Source: Candidatus Poribacteria bacterium
GTDB taxonomy: Bacteria; Poribacteria; WGA-4E; WGA-3G
Direction of reading: 5' to 3'
DNA length: 64,000 nt
Assembly: GCA_963663765.2 (NCBI GenBank)
Contig: CAXXUA010000003.1
Location: 64,001 to 128,000 of the forward strand
Below, in pieces: positions 52,525 through 62,591 of the stretch. The notes under the pieces were generated by a model. It was not told the origin of the DNA, searched no databases, and saw nothing but the letters and a program-made list of their open reading frames with translations. Each line of letters starts with the position of its first letter. Position 1 is the first letter of the stretch. The position numbers and the translations under genes were made by a program.

Positions 52525-54777
52525 CTACTGCCGTATTAACATTTTGCGAGTAGCAGTGAAGTCCCCTGCGGTGAGAGTGTAGAAGTATACGCCACTAGCG
52601 ATCTTTTCTCCATTCTCGTTTTTACCATCCCAATACGCTGCACGGGCACGGTCATGATAGATACCGCTAGGCTTATCTCCTAAATCTAACGTCCGAATCA
52701 ACTTGCCATCTTCAGTCCGGATAGAGATACTAACATTCGCAGGTGATGCCAATTGATACGGAATCCACGTATCAGGATTGAACGGGTTCGGATAGTTTTG
52801 GAGCAGTTGGTTACGCTTTATCTGACCGAGTGTGACAAGTTGCTTCCCGCGTGCCTCAACGGAAAACGGTTTATCAAGATCTGTTTCATCAGCATCGAAT
52901 CTGTAATCCCAGAGCAGCACGGTTCCGTCAGAACTCCCACTTGCAAACGTGCGATTATCACTACCGAAAGATATACTGAGCACGGGTCCCCTATGCCCCT
53001 CAAGTTTACGTAGATGTATTCCTTTGTTTGCGTCCCACAACCGAATGTGTGTGTCATTACTTCCACTTGCGACAACGTTGCCATCCGGACTAAAAGCAAC
53101 ACTATTGACGATACTCGTATGCCGCTCAAGGGTGTGCAAAAGTATCCCCGATTTTACATCCCACAGCCTGACGGTGTTGTCGTCATGAATTTCGTTCCCA
53201 CTGCCACTTACAATTGTGTTTCCATCCGGACTAAATGAGATACTATTGATAATAGACGTATGTCCTTCATAAGTGCGAAGGAGTTTCTTTGAGTTTACAT
53301 CCCATAGCCTGATGACTGAGTCCGGGCTCCCAAACGCTATCGTCTTACTATCCGGACTAAACGCAACACTATTGAGGAACCTTGCCTGATCCCAGATTCT
53401 AAGGTGAAGTTCCCCTGTTCTTGCGTTCCATATAGTGAGGTCTGAGTCTAAACCTGAACCACCGCTTGCGACAAACTTGCCATCCGGACTAAATGAGACA
53501 CAATTAAGCCATTTGCAATTATCCGACCTCATTCTATGGACAATGTCAGTGGTGTTTATATCTAACAGAACGATAACTCCTGAGTCACCGACAGTTGCGA
53601 TCATATCACCATTTGGACTAAATGACAAATCATAGACCGAACCTCCAGTCTTGGTAAGCATTTTATGTCTTTCACCCGTATTTATGTCCCATAATCGAAT
53701 ATCTCTTGTACCGCCACCTGCGAGTAAACTACCATCCGAACTAAAAGCGATACTTGTAAACCTTCGCGTATGTCCCTCAATTGTGCGTATATGTTCCCCT
53801 GAGTTTGCATCCCATAGACGAATAGTAGAATCCGAACTCCCACTGACGAGGGTGTTGCCATCCGGACTATAAGCTAAGGTTTCAACCCAACTTTTATGCC
53901 CTTCAAGTGAGTGGAGATGTTCCCCTGTTTTTACGTCCCACAGACGCATGGAATCCCAACTCCCGCTTGAGAGGATGTTGTTTTTAGGATTAAAAGCAAT
54001 ACTTGAAATCCTGCCCCGATGTCCTTCAAGTGTTCGTAGTTGTTCCCCAGTTTTTAAATCCCACAACCGGACGATTTTATCAAGAACGGTATTATCAAAA
54101 CTTACACTTGCTATCATTGTCCAATCCGGACTAAATGAAATATTAAATGCTGTAATATCAAATGTTTGCAGGTGTTCCCCATTTTTTGCGTTCCACAACC
54201 GAACAGTTCCATCATAACCCCCACTTGCGAGTGTGTTTCCATCCGGACTAAAAGCAACACTAAGAATCCCAGCCTGATGCCCCATAAGTGATCGGAGGTG
54301 TTCCCCGTTTTTTGCGTCCCACAGTCGCACAGTTCTGCCATGCCCCCCACTTACGATTGTGTTGCCATCCGGACTAAAAGCAACACAATAAATGGTGGTC
54401 CAATGTCCTTCAAGTATGTGGAGTTGTTCTCCAGTTTTTAAATCCCACAACCGAACAGTTTTGTCACGACTCCCACTTACGATTGTATCTCCATCCGGAC
54501 TAAAGGCAACACAACTAACTCCATCCGCATGTCCAGTGTATAGGTCAAGTTCTTCTCCTGTTTCAGCATCGTATATCCAAATGCCGATATCACCTACAAC
54601 AGCGAACTTGTCACCATTTGGTGAATACGCAATATCACCCAATATCCTCCCTTTTCCAAACCGTGCTATAGCGCCTTTGGGTAGACCCAATTCCGTATGG
54701 TCTTGAGCGGTGACGCTGGGTGCGGTTATCAGTGTTATGAGCAGTGTTATCATGATTGTAGACAAAATCTTTTTCAC
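52525..54777 (-). CDS. Secreted WD40 protein with FlgD/T9SS-like C-terminal domain
   Basis: Signal peptide, about 13 WD40 repeats, LLQNYPNPFNPDTW…ATRKMLIRQ. Confidence 0.92.
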   Translation of the reverse strand: MKKILSTIMITLLITLITAPSVTAQDHTELGLPKGAIARFGKGRILGDIAYSPNGDKFAVVGDIGIWIYDAETGEELDLYTGHADGVSCVAFSPDGDTIVSGSRDKTVRLWDLKTGEQLHILEGHWTTIYCVAFSPDGNTIVSGGHGRTVRLWDAKNGEHLRSLMGHQAGILSVAFSPDGNTLASGGYDGTVRLWNAKNGEHLQTFDITAFNISFSPDWTMIASVSFDNTVLDKIVRLWDLKTGEQLRTLEGHRGRISSIAFNPKNNILSSGSWDSMRLWDVKTGEHLHSLEGHKSWVETLAYSPDGNTLVSGSSDSTIRLWDANSGEHIRTIEGHTRRFTSIAFSSDGSLLAGGGTRDIRLWDINTGERHKMLTKTGGSVYDLSFSPNGDMIATVGDSGVIVLLDINTTDIVHRMRSDNCKWLNCVSFSPDGKFVASGGSGLDSDLTIWNARTGELHLRIWDQARFLNSVAFSPDSKTIAFGSPDSVIRLWDVNSKKLLRTYEGHTSIINSISFSPDGNTIVSGSGNEIHDDNTVRLWDVKSGILLHTLERHTSIVNSVAFSPDGNVVASGSNDTHIRLWDANKGIHLRKLEGHRGPVLSISFGSDNRTFASGSSDGTVLLWDYRFDADETDLDKPFSVEARGKQLVTLGQIKRNQLLQNYPNPFNPDTWIPYQLASPANVSISIRTEDGKLIRTLDLGDKPSGIYHDRARAAYWDGKNENGEKIASGVYFYTLTAGDFTATRKMLIRQ

Positions 54778-54871
54778 TGTCTGCTCTCCTATTGTGTTGT
54801 GTGCTTCTTATATCATAAGAGGTAAAACTTCTATTGAAAGTAATGTAAATTTCATATACGCACACCGAACT

Positions 54872-55270
54872 CAGGGTTATTCAGTTTTCCTAATTTTTGG
54901 ATTTATCCAAAAAGAACCCCGCGGTAGGAGCGACCTCCCGGTCGCGATTTTCTCAGTAAACGACTAAAATGCCTAAAACTAAATAACCCCGCACCGAACT
55001 CAAAAGAACCCCGCGGTAGGAGCGACCTCCCGGTCGCGATTTTCTCAGAAAACGAATAAAAATACCTAAAACTAAATAACCCCGCACCGAACTCAAAAGA
55101 ACCCCGCGGTAGGAGCGACCTCCCGGTCGCGATTTTCTCAGAAAACGAATAAAAATGCCTAAAACTAAATAACCCCGCACCGAACTCAAAAGAACCCCGC
55201 GGTAGGAGCGACCTCCCGGTCGCGATTTTCTCAGAAAACGAATAAAAATGCCTAAAACTAAATAACCCTG
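54872..55270. mobile_element. CAGGGTTATT-type MITE with four tandem ~93-bp units
   Basis: 9-bp duplication CACCGAACT at 54863-54871 and 55271-55279. Each unit contains REP GTAGGAGCGACCTCCCGGTCGCGA. Confidence 0.85.
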
Positions 55271-55288
55271 CACCGAACTCACGTTATG

Positions 55289-56128
55289 TTAGGTAGACAA
55301 TTGGACAACATCCTTTTTGACAACTTCCTTGATATGTCCATAAGACGCTGTCTTTGTCAGTTCCTGTACCTCTGGTGACAAGCGATTGACAATTACCTCA
55401 GGCAGCCCGACTTTGCCTTCATATTGCGGACGATACCGAAGAATTAGAAATCGTCTATCTCGATCTTTCGGTTTCCATCGCAAAACGCCATGTGTCAAAA
55501 GTTCAGATATGACAACAAAGTCGCCTGCTTTCGGTGTTATATTGGTGAAAACGGGATTCGGTGCAGGATCAATACCATCCGGGCCGGGTGTCAGAAGGTC
55601 TTCAGGTCGTTCAAATTTGCTCTTATGCGAACCTGGTATAACAATCAATCCACCATCGCCAGGATGGACATCGGTGAGGTAAAAAAACGCCACGAAATCG
55701 TTGCAGTAGATGCGATTATCCTTTATCTCGTAGCGAGTCAGCCAGTGACGTCCCTCTCTTGCACAGTGCAAGCCAGCAGGATTTGTTCCCATCGGTTGTC
55801 TGTCAGGATTGTGTTGTTCAAGTGTGAGTGTCCCCGATACAAACCGAGGCATATCAAAGGTGAATTCTTTGATAAGGGACCAAATAGCGGGATGCACCGT
55901 CATCGTTTCAAGTGATCTGTCAAACGCGAAGCCATGTTCATATCTACCCCCTTTGCCGGGTTCTAATTCACGCGGACGTGTCGTAAATCCTTCGGGACGT
56001 TCATCAAGTGGCATGTGGATATATTTGTTAACTGCTTCTTGTGCCGCTTTCAGTGCGTCCCCTGTAACAGCGTTTTTAATGTGTAGGTAGCCTGTAATGT
56101 CAAATAAATATTGCTGTTTCGGAGTCAT
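55289..56128 (-). CDS. PhyH-like dioxygenase
   Basis: FDITGYL, GLH, DGGLIVIPGSHK and LTHG…RR motifs. Confidence 0.85.
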   Translation of the reverse strand: MTPKQQYLFDITGYLHIKNAVTGDALKAAQEAVNKYIHMPLDERPEGFTTRPRELEPGKGGRYEHGFAFDRSLETMTVHPAIWSLIKEFTFDMPRFVSGTLTLEQHNPDRQPMGTNPAGLHCAREGRHWLTRYEIKDNRIYCNDFVAFFYLTDVHPGDGGLIVIPGSHKSKFERPEDLLTPGPDGIDPAPNPVFTNITPKAGDFVVISELLTHGVLRWKPKDRDRRFLILRYRPQYEGKVGLPEVIVNRLSPEVQELTKTASYGHIKEVVKKDVVQLST

Positions 56129-56223
56129 GATTTTTTCCTTTTATATTATGCAGTGAATTGTATCATATTTTTCATATTCTGAATCAGAATTCATTCTATT
56201 AGAAGAAATAAAGAGATGCACGA

Positions 56224-57279
56224 TCAATAGGTTACATCTTTCACACACCGAAAACCGCTACAACTCTCTGTGTTCACAGGAGGGTAGTTAGTGCGATATG
56301 TTACTTGCGGGGCTTGAGCACAAGCGTTCCATCCACCACTTCGTAAAACGCGTTCAGTCAGCACAGCATCAGCGTCAAATGTCCCACTCTGCATAACACG
56401 TTCAGTACGTATATCCATGTAATTTTCTACTAAATCTGTAATACTATCATGACCACCAATTGGATTACGTCGCAGTGCAGTGTTGTTAGTCTGAAAATCA
56501 AATGCATCCAGACACCACTCCCACACGTTACCCGTCATATCATATAATCCGTATCCATTAGCAGGATAACTTCCTACAGGGGCGGTATATTGATACCCAT
56601 AGGTGTCAACTTAAGAAAAAAGTGTTGGCATATTCTCTTGTGGGAGGGGTTTTTAACCCCGATTTGAGTGGAAATGAACATAAAATCGGGGTTGAAAACC
56701 CCTCCCACAAGAGGTAAAATTCCTTAAGTTGACACCTATGGGGGCGGTATATTGATACCCATCATCTGCATCCATATTTGACCAATCAAAGTTTGTGTTT
56801 TTATCGGCGAAATTACACTGTGTTCCATTTGGTTCAGTATCGCCCCACGGGTACTTATGACCTTCCAAGCCTCCGCGTGCAGCCTTCTCCCATTCTGCTT
56901 CCGTAGGCAAACGTTTCCCCACCCATTTTGAGTATGCTATCGCTGCATACCAACTCACAAAAATAACAGGGTGATCCGCATCACCTTCAGGATAATTGTT
57001 GCCATTCCAATGTGTTAAATAACCTTCGCTGTATCCTTGATAGATACGTTCCTTCCGCCACTGTGGGTTAGCATCTACGAACGCTTTGTATGCCGCATTT
57101 GTCACTTCATGAATATCCATATAAAATGCATCTGTGTAAACAGTGTGTACTGGATATTCATAATCTTTTGGATCGGCATCAGGACTTCCTATTTGGAATT
57201 CACCTGCAGGAATTAGTACCATTCCATCTAAAAGGGATTCATCGTTGTTTGTGGGATTATTTTCTGCTGAATGTCTCAT
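56224..57279 (-). pseudogene. FGE-sulfatase (SUMF1-like) domain gene disrupted by a MITE
   Basis: Halves 56653..57279 and 56224..56538 are colinear with paralog 57311..58144; the 162-bp insert carries two in-frame stops. Confidence 0.9.
56598..56740. mobile_element. CATAGG-ended MITE with 19-bp target duplication
   Basis: Perfect 18-bp TIR CATAGGTGTCAACTTAAG; GGGGCGGTATATTGATACC at 56579-56597 and 56741-56759. Confidence 0.92.
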
Positions 57280-57310
57280 TTTCTTTCAACACCTCCTACT
57301 CCTCGCAATT

Positions 57311-58144
57311 TTAAATCTTTTCGCTTCTCACACACCGAAACCCAAGACTATCCTCTGTATTCACAGGCGGGTAATTGTCTCGAAACGTTACTTGCATGAA
57401 TCGAGCATCGTCATTCCATGCACCACCGCGCATAGGTCGCTCGGTCCCAATCTTTTCATAATTTTCTACGATTTCATCAATACTATCAGCACCTCTAATC
57501 GGATTACGATTCGGTGAATAACTGTAAAACTTAGCGTGGTAAGAATCCAGGCACCATTCATCTACGTTACCCGCCATATCGTATAGACCATATCCGTTAG
57601 CAGGATAACTACCTACAGGGGCGGTCCATCGGTACCCATCATCTACATCCATATTTGACCACTTAAAGTCTGTATTTTTATCTGCGAAATTACACTGTGT
57701 ACCATTCGGTTCAGTATCACCCCACGGGTATTTATGACCTTCCAAACCACCACGTGCAGCCTTCTCCCATTCCGCTTCCGTAGGTAAACGTTTCCCCACC
57801 CATTTTGCATAAGCCATCGATGCATGCCAACTCACAAAAGTTACTGGATGATCCCCTTCGCCTTCTGGATAGTTGTTATTACGCCATCGCGGTAAGTACC
57901 CTTCTGCGTTTCCTTGGTAGACGCGATCCCTCCGCCACTTTGGGTTAGCATCTACAAACGCTTTATATGCCGCATTTGTCACCTGATACATATCCATATA
58001 AAATGCATCAATATAAACAGTGCGAAACTGCTGAGGATTATCTTTTTCCACAAGTGCGTTAATCCCCATTTGGAATTCACCTGCTGGTATTAGTACCATC
58101 CTTGCTATATCATGCTCATCGGTATTTATATTTTGGTTGTTCAT
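57311..58144 (-). CDS. FGE-sulfatase (SUMF1/EgtB/PvdO) domain protein
   Basis: [30 protein letters not shown] and GFRCV motifs. Confidence 0.92.
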   Translation of the reverse strand: MNNQNINTDEHDIARMVLIPAGEFQMGINALVEKDNPQQFRTVYIDAFYMDMYQVTNAAYKAFVDANPKWRRDRVYQGNAEGYLPRWRNNNYPEGEGDHPVTFVSWHASMAYAKWVGKRLPTEAEWEKAARGGLEGHKYPWGDTEPNGTQCNFADKNTDFKWSNMDVDDGYRWTAPVGSYPANGYGLYDMAGNVDEWCLDSYHAKFYSYSPNRNPIRGADSIDEIVENYEKIGTERPMRGGAWNDDARFMQVTFRDNYPPVNTEDSLGFRCVRSEKI

Positions 58145-58558
58145 CGGAATGCTCCATTTTCTTCTGATTTACCCTATGTCTTCAATTCTATTGTAATATC
58201 TTTTCGTGAAGTTTGTCAAGAAAACGATATAGGGCAGGTGTGTAAATTTATTGTAGAAACACATATTTAAATGAGAATGTGTAAAGTTTTGTAATTACAT
58301 TGATATGACTTCTGTTAGGCTCTTTTTCCCGTATGTGTATAGTATCCTTCATTTGTCTGATACAGGATTTTTAGAGGGCAAGATAAAAAATTATGACCCT
58401 CAAAGAACCTTCCTAAATAGAAAACAATTCATCATATCTGCAAAAGGGTGTCTCTTAGAATTAGCACGCAAAACTTCAGACTCTAATCCTGGTAATCTGA
58501 TAATCCTGAAAATCCTGGTTCAGACAAGTACCCAAAGGAGGATTGACGTTTCTTCTAC

Positions 58559-58729
58559 ATGAAGATTAAATACATGAAGATTAAAAAAATAATTAGGTAA
58601 TTTTATCTAACCTACCCTGGTAGGCGTGCTTTGTAAGCGCGCTGGTACATCAAGTCCCAAGAGCGCGCTTACAAAGCACGCCTACCGTATGAGAAATATT
58701 TATTACCCAATTAATAAATTAATCTTCAT
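58559..58729. mobile_element. ATGAAGATTAA-ended MITE with a REP doublet
   Basis: ATGAAGATTAA/TTAATCTTCAT ends enclosing inverted GTAGGCGTGCTTTGTAAGCGCGC copies; sits at the centre of a palindrome TTGACGTTTCTTC…GAAGAAATGTCAA. Confidence 0.75.
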
Positions 58730-59183
58730 CAAGAAGAAATGTCAACAATAGAATCCCAATAGATTATACATGTAATCAATTGTTCTCAAAACAAAAACAC
58801 AACATACCCACACAACAATATGGTATAATATTACCCATACACCCAAATGAAATCCTAACTTTAAGACCGTAATTCACCATAAATGATTAATGTTACCATT
58901 TGTAAAAACAAGAACAAAAATACACAACAAAAAAAACAATAAAAAATCCATTTAGTTGTTTTTTTCAAAATTTCGTAAATTTACAAAACCGACATAAACC
59001 TATACCAAGACAGGAACGATAACACTTATGAAAAAAACGCAAAAAAAACAACTAAAACATTACACGATTGGTACATAATTCATAATCAGAGCTATTCCTC
59101 TCCTACAAAAGAAGGAAAATCAGGATTGATAATGATTATACAAAACACCTGCAAAATTGGTAAATTCTATAGTCTAATAAAAT

Positions 59184-59422
59184 CAGGACTTACGCACCCA
59201 ACGGTAGGCGCGCTTTGATGAAGATTAAAAAATAATTTCGGTAATTTTGCAGAGAAATCCCGGCGCGCTTACAAAGCACGCCTACAGGGTTTGGTGAAAA
59301 TTAGAATTACCGAATTAATAGATTAATCTTCATGTAAGCGCGCTGGAAACCAAAAAAATGCTGAAAATTACACCATTTTCGTCATAATTCTTCATCAAAT
59401 CATGAAAACTGCGTAAGTCCTG
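59184..59422. mobile_element. CAGGACTTACGCA-type MITE with nested ATGAAGATTAA element (59218..59333)
   Basis: TIRs present; the nested element splits the REP GCGCTTTG|TAAGCGCGC. Confidence 0.8.
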
Positions 59423-59448
59423 AAAATAAAAATACTTGGAGGAAGTAT

Positions 59449-60363
59449 ATGAAACTCGGATTTGTGAGTGCAATTTTGCCTGACCAGACATTAGCAGAAG
59501 TAGTCCAATTCGCAGCAGACACAGGTTATGATTGTGTAGAACTGATGTGCTGGCCCAAAGGAAAAGCCGAACGACGATATGCAGGTGTGACACACATTGA
59601 TGTCACAGCACTTACCGATGCGGAAGTAGACGCAACTCTACAGTATGTATCGGATGCAAACACAACAATTAGCGGTTTAGGCTACTATCCGAATCCATTA
59701 ACACCGAACGAAACAGAAGCAGAAATCTATAGAGAACACCTAAAAACGCTAATATTGGCAGCAAAACGTTTATCGGTAGACATCGTAAATACATTCATCG
59801 GAAGAGATCAGAGACGCACAATAGACGGCAATTGGGAACGGTTTAAACAGGTTTGGACACCGCTCATTCAATTTGCTGAAGACAACGGCATCCGAATCGG
59901 CATTGAGAACTGCCCGATGTTCTTCACCGAAGACGAATGGCCAGCAGGACAAAACCTCGCTTATGCACCAGCGATCTGGGAACGAATGTTTGATGAGATA
60001 CCGTCCTCTAACTTCGGACTCAATTTCGACCCATCCCACTTTATATGGCTTCAGATGGATTACCTGAAACCACTTGTCACTTTTGCGGATCGTATCATTC
60101 ATGTGCATGCAAAGGATGTCCGTTTAGATAAAGAACGGCTTGATGAGGTAGGTATACTCGCAACACCTTCGTCATATCATACACCAAAATTACCAGGACT
60201 TGGCGATGTAAATTGGGGTCGTTTTTTCTCCGTCCTTAACGACATAGGCTATGATGGATCAGTCTGTGTGGAAGTTGAAGATCGTGCCTATGAAGAGACA
60301 TTGAAGAAGCGACAACGTGCCTTAAGACAAAGTCATATCTTCCTCAGACAGTTCATAGGGTGA
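59449..60363 (+). CDS. Sugar phosphate isomerase/epimerase (xylose isomerase-like TIM barrel)
   Basis: IENCP, FDPSH, HVHAKD and VEVED metal-binding motifs. Confidence 0.9.
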   Translation: MKLGFVSAILPDQTLAEVVQFAADTGYDCVELMCWPKGKAERRYAGVTHIDVTALTDAEVDATLQYVSDANTTISGLGYYPNPLTPNETEAEIYREHLKTLILAAKRLSVDIVNTFIGRDQRRTIDGNWERFKQVWTPLIQFAEDNGIRIGIENCPMFFTEDEWPAGQNLAYAPAIWERMFDEIPSSNFGLNFDPSHFIWLQMDYLKPLVTFADRIIHVHAKDVRLDKERLDEVGILATPSSYHTPKLPGLGDVNWGRFFSVLNDIGYDGSVCVEVEDRAYEETLKKRQRALRQSHIFLRQFIG

Positions 60364-60367
60364 CAAG

Positions 60368-61549
60368 ATGGACACTTACGAATGGGTGCAAAAAGAATAC
60401 ACAGAACTTAAACACGCAGGTTTGCTGCGAAACCTTCGTACCATTACGACTGCACCGACAGGAACGGTCAACCTTGATGGACGTGATGTCGTGTTGCTTG
60501 GGTCAAACAACTATTTAGGACTGAGTACACATCCCGATGTTATTGACGCTGCAGTTGAAGCAATAAAAACTTACGGCACAGGTGCAAGCGGTTCTCGTCT
60601 AATTTCAGGAAATAACAAACTCTACGCAACGTTAGAATACAACATAGCCAAAACAAAAGGAACTGAAGCATCTCTCGTATTTAGCTCAGGTTATGCTGCG
60701 AATACAAGCATCATTCCTGTACTTGCAGGAGAAGGGGACCTTATCCTAAGCGATGAACTCAACCATGCAAGCATTATTGATGGATGCCGTCTCAGTCGTG
60801 CCACAAAAAAAATATACAAACATTGTGACGTAGAACATCTAAAAATGCTATTGGCAGAGTCCTCTGAATATAAGCGGCGACTTATCGTGACTGACGGTGT
60901 GTTTAGTATGGATGGAGATATTGCACCGCTACAACACATTTACCAAACCGCATTGAATTACAATGCAATGCTACTTGTAGACGACGCACACGGCTTTGGT
61001 GTTTTAGGAAATGATGGAAGTGGCACCGTCGCACATTGCGGACTAATAGGTGAAGACATTATCCAAATGGGAACACTCAGTAAAGCGATTGGCTGTTTAG
61101 GAGGTTATGTCACGGGGAGTCGCGTATTGATTGAATTGCTCATCAATCGCGCACGTGGCTTCATATTTTCAACAGGACTTCCTCCAGCAACATTAGCTGC
61201 AGCAGATGCAGCAATAAAGGTCATGCGTTCCTCACCAGAATTACGCCATCGGCTAATGAAGAATGCAGACACTTTGAAAACAGCACTCACCAATTTAGAT
61301 TACAAACTATTACCAAGTCAAACACAGATTCTACCAGTGATCTTAGGTGAACCACAACGTGCTACACATGTCGCGGAAGCACTCCTAAAAGAAGGGGTAT
61401 TTGCACCTGCTATACGTCCACCCGCTGTCCCATCAGGAACAAGTCGTTTGCGTGTCACTGTAATTGCAACACACACAGATACAGAGATACAACATGCAAT
61501 AGACGCTTTTGTCAACGTGCATCATTCGGGACAGCCAAAAGATAGTTGA
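60368..61549 (+). CDS. bioF: 8-amino-7-oxononanoate synthase
   Basis: SNNYLGL, GASGSRLISG, NHASIIDG, SMDGD, DDAHG, GTLSKA and AIRPP.VP motifs. Confidence 0.9.
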   Translation: MDTYEWVQKEYTELKHAGLLRNLRTITTAPTGTVNLDGRDVVLLGSNNYLGLSTHPDVIDAAVEAIKTYGTGASGSRLISGNNKLYATLEYNIAKTKGTEASLVFSSGYAANTSIIPVLAGEGDLILSDELNHASIIDGCRLSRATKKIYKHCDVEHLKMLLAESSEYKRRLIVTDGVFSMDGDIAPLQHIYQTALNYNAMLLVDDAHGFGVLGNDGSGTVAHCGLIGEDIIQMGTLSKAIGCLGGYVTGSRVLIELLINRARGFIFSTGLPPATLAAADAAIKVMRSSPELRHRLMKNADTLKTALTNLDYKLLPSQTQILPVILGEPQRATHVAEALLKEGVFAPAIRPPAVPSGTSRLRVTVIATHTDTEIQHAIDAFVNVHHSGQPKDS

Positions 61550-62351
61550 TGATTATCTCCGCAGCGACGACACCTTTAGGGTTATCACCATGATGTGTTT
61601 GGTGAACCATCGCAAGACGACCCAGTACTCCATCTCGGAGAATTACTGGATCTGCCAAAGTGCATTCAGTATCACCAGTATCACTCGCAAAAATCTTCTC
61701 TGCATACCACGCAGAGCCAAGCTGCTCTAAAGGAAAAGGTCTGTCCGATTTAAAGTCAACTAAATTCGGGGTCAATGTCTTGCCACTATCAGTGACATCC
61801 ATATACAGTTTCTCAAAATACTCAACATTAATATCAATATCAGGAAGATCCATAAGGTTTTGCAACGGAGCTTTGTAGTTAGGAGTACCATCTGAACTGT
61901 AATAACCTAAATAATCCCCATGATTCAGAAGCGTATCACCATCTGTCGTTTCAATCCATTTTTCAACGACAGACCCATCAGACTGTGTATTGCCCGAAGG
62001 ATAGATTGATGATGGTAAAACGCTATAGAGGATACAAACATTCACAGCACCGTTTCCTGTTGTCTCTGTCATCCAATTACTAAGAACGTCTTCACGGCTT
62101 GTAACCTCAACACGAATTCCGTTAGATTCCAAAAGTTTCTTCGTCTGTTCTGCTTCATAAGATGCATTTTCCAGTGTTATCCACGATGCACTGCCTGAAT
62201 AAATCATCACAACTATCGGTTTATCTACCTGTTCTGCATCCGATACACCAGATTCAACAGGTTTAAACTCTTGCTCAACTTTTGCGCAATTTGAAATGAA
62301 TACCATACAACCAAATAAGGCAATGAAAACTACCCATTCACACTTTCGCAT
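61512..62351 (-). CDS. Hypothetical exported protein/lipoprotein
   Basis: Hydrophobic N-terminus ending ISNC; GGAG RBS before ATG 62351. Confidence 0.7.
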   Translation of the reverse strand: MRKCEWVVFIALFGCMVFISNCAKVEQEFKPVESGVSDAEQVDKPIVVMIYSGSASWITLENASYEAEQTKKLLESNGIRVEVTSREDVLSNWMTETTGNGAVNVCILYSVLPSSIYPSGNTQSDGSVVEKWIETTDGDTLLNHGDYLGYYSSDGTPNYKAPLQNLMDLPDIDINVEYFEKLYMDVTDSGKTLTPNLVDFKSDRPFPLEQLGSAWYAEKIFASDTGDTECTLADPVILRDGVLGRLAMVHQTHHGDNPKGVVAAEIIINYLLAVPNDAR

Positions 62352-62527
62352 ATATAATTCTCCACAAAAAAACATATTTACTATAAACAATTTTCAAAGT
62401 ACTATCGTTAATAATAACACGTTATACATTGAGATTAGGTTTCTGAAAATGTTGACATATTGAACAGAATTAACTACATTGGACCTTGCTACAATTCACC
62501 ATAACCATAAAATAATAGCATTTTCTG

Positions 62528-62557
62528 TTGACAACAAAAAAATAAACATGATACACT
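62528..62557 (+). promoter_or_regulatory. Sigma70-type promoter
   Basis: TTGACA-18 bp-TACACT with TG extension. Confidence 0.5.
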
Positions 62558-62591
62558 AAAATTAATATCATGTACATAGGAGAAATAAAGC

